DNA of 64,000 nucleotides, the filler included, from Stramenopiles sp. TOSAG23-2 (Eukaryota), in NCBI GenBank assembly GCA_900128395.1. It is 28 parts of 28 records of this genome, joined end to end, with 100 filler letters (N's around TTAATTAATTAA, not from the genome) between each part and the next. Parts side by side here need not be neighbours in the genome. Positions count along the whole stretch, not along the records: positions 59,679 to 61,852 come from LT651949.1; positions 61,953 to 64,000 come from LT652079.1; 26 more parts are not named here. One strand, written 5' to 3'. This document shows, piece by piece, positions 59,679 through 64,000 of this stretch. The notes under the pieces are model-generated. The model did not search any database, was not told the origin of the DNA, and saw nothing but the letters and a program-made list of their open reading frames with translations. The position numbers and the translations under genes were made by a program. Each line of letters starts with the position of its first letter. The first letter of the stretch is position 1.

Positions 59679-61420
59679 TTGTAACAATTGTCATATTTTC
59701 AAAATTGATGTCATTCATTGTGATATTAATCAATTTCGCAGTATGATTCATATTGTTAATGTTGCTTTTATTATTATTATTATTCGCCATCGAAGAAGTA
59801 GTGTTTGAAGATATCCTAGCAATATTGGTTGAGGTCATGGTTGTTTTATCTGCATTTTGATCAGCTTCTTTTACACCAATATCGGTAAATAATGGTATTG
59901 CAATTTTCATAAATTTCATAAAACCACCACCATTATCNNNNNNNNNNNNNNNNNTTCATAAAACCACCACCATTATCTGCATTAGTTAGATTATGATTTT
60001 CGATAATTTTGTCATCCAATGTAAGTTGCAATTGAAATTCTATTATAGTTTTTAACAAACCAGGATCAGCCTCATTACGTAATAAAATTACAAAGACTTT
60101 ATAATATTGTAAAAACACAGCTCCACCAATTGCAACATCATTATCATGCGTTGCATGTTTCATGTTCATTTTTAATGAGGTATGGCAATGATTTGGTATC
60201 AACGAAGATAAATTTAAATAAATGGCACGCGCACCAACAGGTGCATATATAGGTGCTAATAACTCAACATTTTTATCCATACTTTTCTCTTGATTTTTAT
60301 CAGATGTTGAAGAAACGCCATTATCATTCAATTTGATAGATGCATTTGTCTGCACATATGTCTTGTTACTATCTAAATTAGTAACATTTCGATTTGAAAA
60401 CTTTGTCTTTACCATACGTTTTCTTTTTACCTCATCGAGTTTTTTTATATTTATCTCTTGCTTTTTTTTCTCGGTATATAATGAACAATTTACGATTATT
60501 GGATTATTGATATATTGTTGTTGATCAATGCGAATACGATTTGTTGTTGTTGGTGGTGGAACCAATACATTTTTGCATTTTGGCGTCAATAATTTCAAAT
60601 TAATGACGCTTAGCGATGTTTTATTTGGTTTCAGTTCGCATACACTTTCCCCATATACACTTGTTTGACCAATATGGTTGTTATTGTACTTGTTATCTAA
60701 AAAAATATCATATCCATTTAAATTATCATATATGACATCAATTCCACAATCACCACCATCATATCCACATTCTAAATTATCGCATTTTTTATCACAAACT
60801 TTATCACCTATCCATGTCGATGGACACCCAGGTGCACAATATGCCCATGTACGACTTGTTTTCCCATTAGTACCACTTCCACTGTTACTGCGATAACCAT
60901 ATGCATTTTTTTTACTAACATTTAAACAATCGCCTAAATCAAATAAACAACGACTGACGTTACAATTTAAATCACATTGTCCATCACCAACCCAAGAATC
61001 TGTGCATCCTGGATTGCATTTTGGTACATCCCATGAAAGGAAAATTTTTTGCACACCACTTAACGAGAAAAAATCTTCCGGCCATACCGGTGCACCTAAT
61101 AACACATCATCATTGAAGTAAATGAACTTTTTCGACAAGCCATTTATACGATGTAATTGTGTTTCAATAGCAGGTGAGCTAAATGTTGGAAGATACGTTT
61201 TGTTTTTCCATAAATCTGAATGTGTCACAACTGTCATTTTGGGATGTTTTGTATTTAACCAATTTGGAATATGTCCAGACGTTACTAAAAAGACTTGCCT
61301 GATCCATGGAGCATATTTAAATAATGATCGAAATGAATATTTTAACTCATGGTTATCGCGGTAACGATTGGATGTCCCAATAGTTATTTCTGGTGGCAAT
61401 AAATCTTGAACTGCATTGGT
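59679..61420 (-). CDS. GNPTAB: GlcNAc-1-phosphotransferase alpha/beta (Stealth CR2 plus two LNR repeats), partial
   Basis: RYRDNHELKYSFRSL..YAPW, PTFSSPAIE, FIYFNDD, PVWPEDF, CNPGC..WVGDGQCD..CN...C.FDLGDC. The internal N17 gap (59938-59954) is flanked by a duplicated 23-mer. Confidence 0.92.
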
Positions 61421-61852
61421 TATATTTGTAAAATTATTTTCAATATTGCTGGGAAAGAATTAGGTGAGATGGTCAATGGTGTTTTACAACAAAACAGTAC
61501 TCATAAAGCATTACAAATTGTAAATAATAAAAAGGTAGATATTATATGTATTGGTTCTATGTTTAAAAGTTGGGCATTGTTACAATCAGCGTTTGTAAAG
61601 GTACTACGAGAACAGGAAAAAGGCAACTCAATAATAAGACGTTTGTTATATGTAAATGATAGTTCTGCAATTGGAGCAGCAAGATATGCTGTAATGTATT
61701 GTTTACCATTGCATAAACAACCAACATTACCATTATGTAAAAATGTAAATGTATTGTATGATTTTAATACAATACATTCACATAACACGATAACAAATCA
61801 AAAAAATGTAAAAAATAGAAATAATGATGATAGAAAAATCCAATATTGTACG
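61406..61852 (+). CDS. NAGK: N-acetylglucosamine kinase (BadF/NAGK), C-terminal half
   Basis: CKIIFNIAGKELG, IICIGSMFKSWALL, SSAIGAA. Confidence 0.7.
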
Positions 61853-62054
61853 NNNNNNNNNNNNNNNNNNNNNNNNNNNNNNNNNNNNNNNNNNNNTTAA
61901 TTAATTAANNNNNNNNNNNNNNNNNNNNNNNNNNNNNNNNNNNNNNNNNNNNCGTGTATGTTTGAACTAACATTATCATCACTACTACTATTTTGCGAAT
62001 CCGCCATGCTTGATTACGTATGGAGATAACAGCAGTAATATTGCTATTTTGCTT

Positions 62055-62092
<38 letters not shown>

Positions 62093-62675
62093 GTGGCCAA
62101 TTACAGCCTAATTAACCTCTATAATTTCTCCAAAAAAAAATATATATATATATTAATAAAAATTAAAAATTTATCGTTCTTATTTATATATACATATATA
62201 TTTATTCAACGATACTTTTCATATATATATTGTTTAATTATTGCCAATATATGAAATATTTAATATATAGAAAAATATCTCACACAGGAAGAATATTTTA
62301 ATTTCTCTTTTCATCGTTAATTAATTTTTATTTATTAATTAATTTTTTGGTACAAACATGATTATTTTTTGATATATTAAATCGGAAATTTATGTATTGA
62401 ATTTGATTATTGGGTACATATCGATATTAATAGCTATGATAATAAATTAAATAAAGGCGGGGTATGTGATCAATTTAAAAAATTAATTGGATTTCAATGC
62501 ATGAAAAATAATATTAAAATAATAATATATATATATATTATATGACGTATGTAATAGAAATATACATGTACATGTGGGCAATGTGTAAAAAACATTAACA
62601 AGTGGTTGATTATAACAGACGAAAGAAACGAAACGTAACGTTTGTATATTATTAGTGTAATTTAAAAAAACAAAC

Positions 62676-63239
62676 ATGATCGTACAATTATTTGTTATAT
62701 GTCTAGGCCCAATATGCATACCAATATGGGGGTTGTTTCCAATTGTATTGTTGTTTTTACAAAAATGTTATGCATATTTTAAAGGTGAAAAAGTTGATTT
62801 TTTTAATTATAGTAGTGTAACTAAAAAGAACAAAGAGAATGGTGATAATAAAGATGGTAAAGAAACAACAAAAAAAGCAGGGAATTTACGTGGTACAAAA
62901 CGTTATACGGAAGTTGTTGTCATTGATTCAGATGATAAATATCATGAGATTTTAAAAACGTCTAAAACACTTGTTGTCGTTGATTTTACTGCGTCTTGGT
63001 GTGGTCCATGTCAACAAATTAAACCTGCTTTTAAACAATTTGCAAAAGAATATAATGCTGAATTTTTACAAGTAGATGTAGATGAATTTGATGATATAGC
63101 ACATGATGCGGAGGTAAATGCGATGCCAACCTTTCAACTTTATGCAAATGGTGAAAAAATCGATGAACTTGTTGGTGCCAATGAAGATAATTTACGTAAA
63201 TTAATTGAACTAAATATTGGAAAAAGTAAAGACTCGTAG
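62676..63239 (+). CDS. Thioredoxin with N-terminal membrane anchor
   Basis: VVVDFTASWCGPC, VDVDE, AMPTF, VGAN; hydrophobic N-terminus. Confidence 0.95.
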   Translation: MIVQLFVICLGPICIPIWGLFPIVLLFLQKCYAYFKGEKVDFFNYSSVTKKNKENGDNKDGKETTKKAGNLRGTKRYTEVVVIDSDDKYHEILKTSKTLVVVDFTASWCGPCQQIKPAFKQFAKEYNAEFLQVDVDEFDDIAHDAEVNAMPTFQLYANGEKIDELVGANEDNLRKLIELNIGKSKDS

Positions 63240-63465
63240 AATAATCATGGGGGGAGAGTGTCATATTATTAGTATAACAAGAGATAACGTAGAAGACTAA
63301 GATGAAGAGAGGGAAAATGAATGCATATGAGACACATGGTAATTAAAAACGTATTAACATTTAAAAATTGTATATCTCTCTCAAAATAACCTTTTTTCCA
63401 CTTTCTCACACACTCACACACACACCTTTTTTCTTCCTTTCTACACGAGTAGCTATTCTTCTTCT

Positions 63466-64000
63466 TCAGTCGTCAGCTTTCCATGTCTTGTTGATACTAT
63501 TGATTTTATCAAATAATGTTATCGAATTACTATTTTGAATTGTACCATCTACATCATCATTATTGTTATTACTACTTCCAACACCACTACTACTATTCAA
63601 TATCTTACTATATTCTTCCAACGTTTTACTAACTTCATCTAATTCAAAACCTTGCTCTGCAAATTGTGTAACAATACATTTTCTTAATCCATCTCTATTT
63701 TCATCAACGTTTTACTAACTTCATCTAATTCAAAACCTTGCTCTGCAAATTGTGTAACAATACATTTTCTTAATCCATCTCTATTTTCATCATATAATAT
63801 AGCCAATATAAAATCAACTTTTTGTAATGTAAATAAACCTTTATCTAATTTATCATTTAATAATTCGTCATCATCAACGACAACATGCCCATCATTACCA
63901 TTACGATCCTCTTCTTCTTCTTCTTCATAACATTTATAATAATACGTACCATGTAATTCAATACAACGATGTACTTTTTCATAATCATGTTTTAAAAATT
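63466..64000 (-). CDS. CTNNBL1: Beta-catenin-like protein 1 C-terminus, 5'-partial, with an 86-bp duplication
   Basis: FLKHDYEKVHRCIELHGTY...KLDKGLFTLQKVDFILA...TLEEY matches the CTNNBL1 pattern EKVDRL.ELH..Y / RLD.GLF.LQ; absent from the ORF track. Confidence 0.75.

Noticed and set aside
2220-61952. Regularly spaced TTAATTAATTAA repeat and ORFs ending in X...LIN
   Set aside because: Artificial six-frame-stop linker between contigs; ORFs running into it are truncated, not complete.
1-64000. Gene cluster or operon-like system across the window
   Set aside because: Contigs are ordered by length, so neighbours across spacers are not linked.
1-64000. tRNA, rRNA, telomeric arrays, alternative genetic code
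   Set aside because: None recognised. TAA, TAG and TGA all end well-conserved genes at plausible positions.

Overview
This is not continuous DNA. It is 28 unrelated ~2.2 kb contigs, sorted by falling length (2214 to 2174 bp for the complete ones), joined by 27 artificial 100-bp spacers (N44-TTAATTAATTAA-N44), so synteny across spacers is meaningless. The DNA is very AT-rich and eukaryotic: (TA)n tracts, poly-Asn runs, and short GTAAGT...CTAAC...YAG introns. By inference it comes from a phagotrophic protist, possibly a stramenopile, assembled from single-cell or metagenomic data, with many near-perfect tandem duplications and chimeric junctions. Recognisable genes include S10 carboxypeptidase, REJ-like surface protein, Cdc123-like ATP-grasp, purple acid phosphatase, TPR-methyltransferase, TRIP12/UPL3 E3 ligase, GH31, acylphosphatase, C45/dcd1-like hydrolase, SLC43-like MFS, endonuclease I, GNPTAB, NAGK, thioredoxin, CTNNBL1 and an enolase-like tail. 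The most interesting observations are a DddQ/DddL-type DMSP-lyase-like cupin ending in a peroxisomal PTS1 signal, a spliced NACHT-ankyrin (NLR-like) gene, a phage tail-fibre-like protein with a eukaryotic signal peptide, a gustatory-receptor-like 7TM channel, and a hAT transposon end with a matching MITE-like element on another contig. All calls are by-eye motif recognition; no searches were run.
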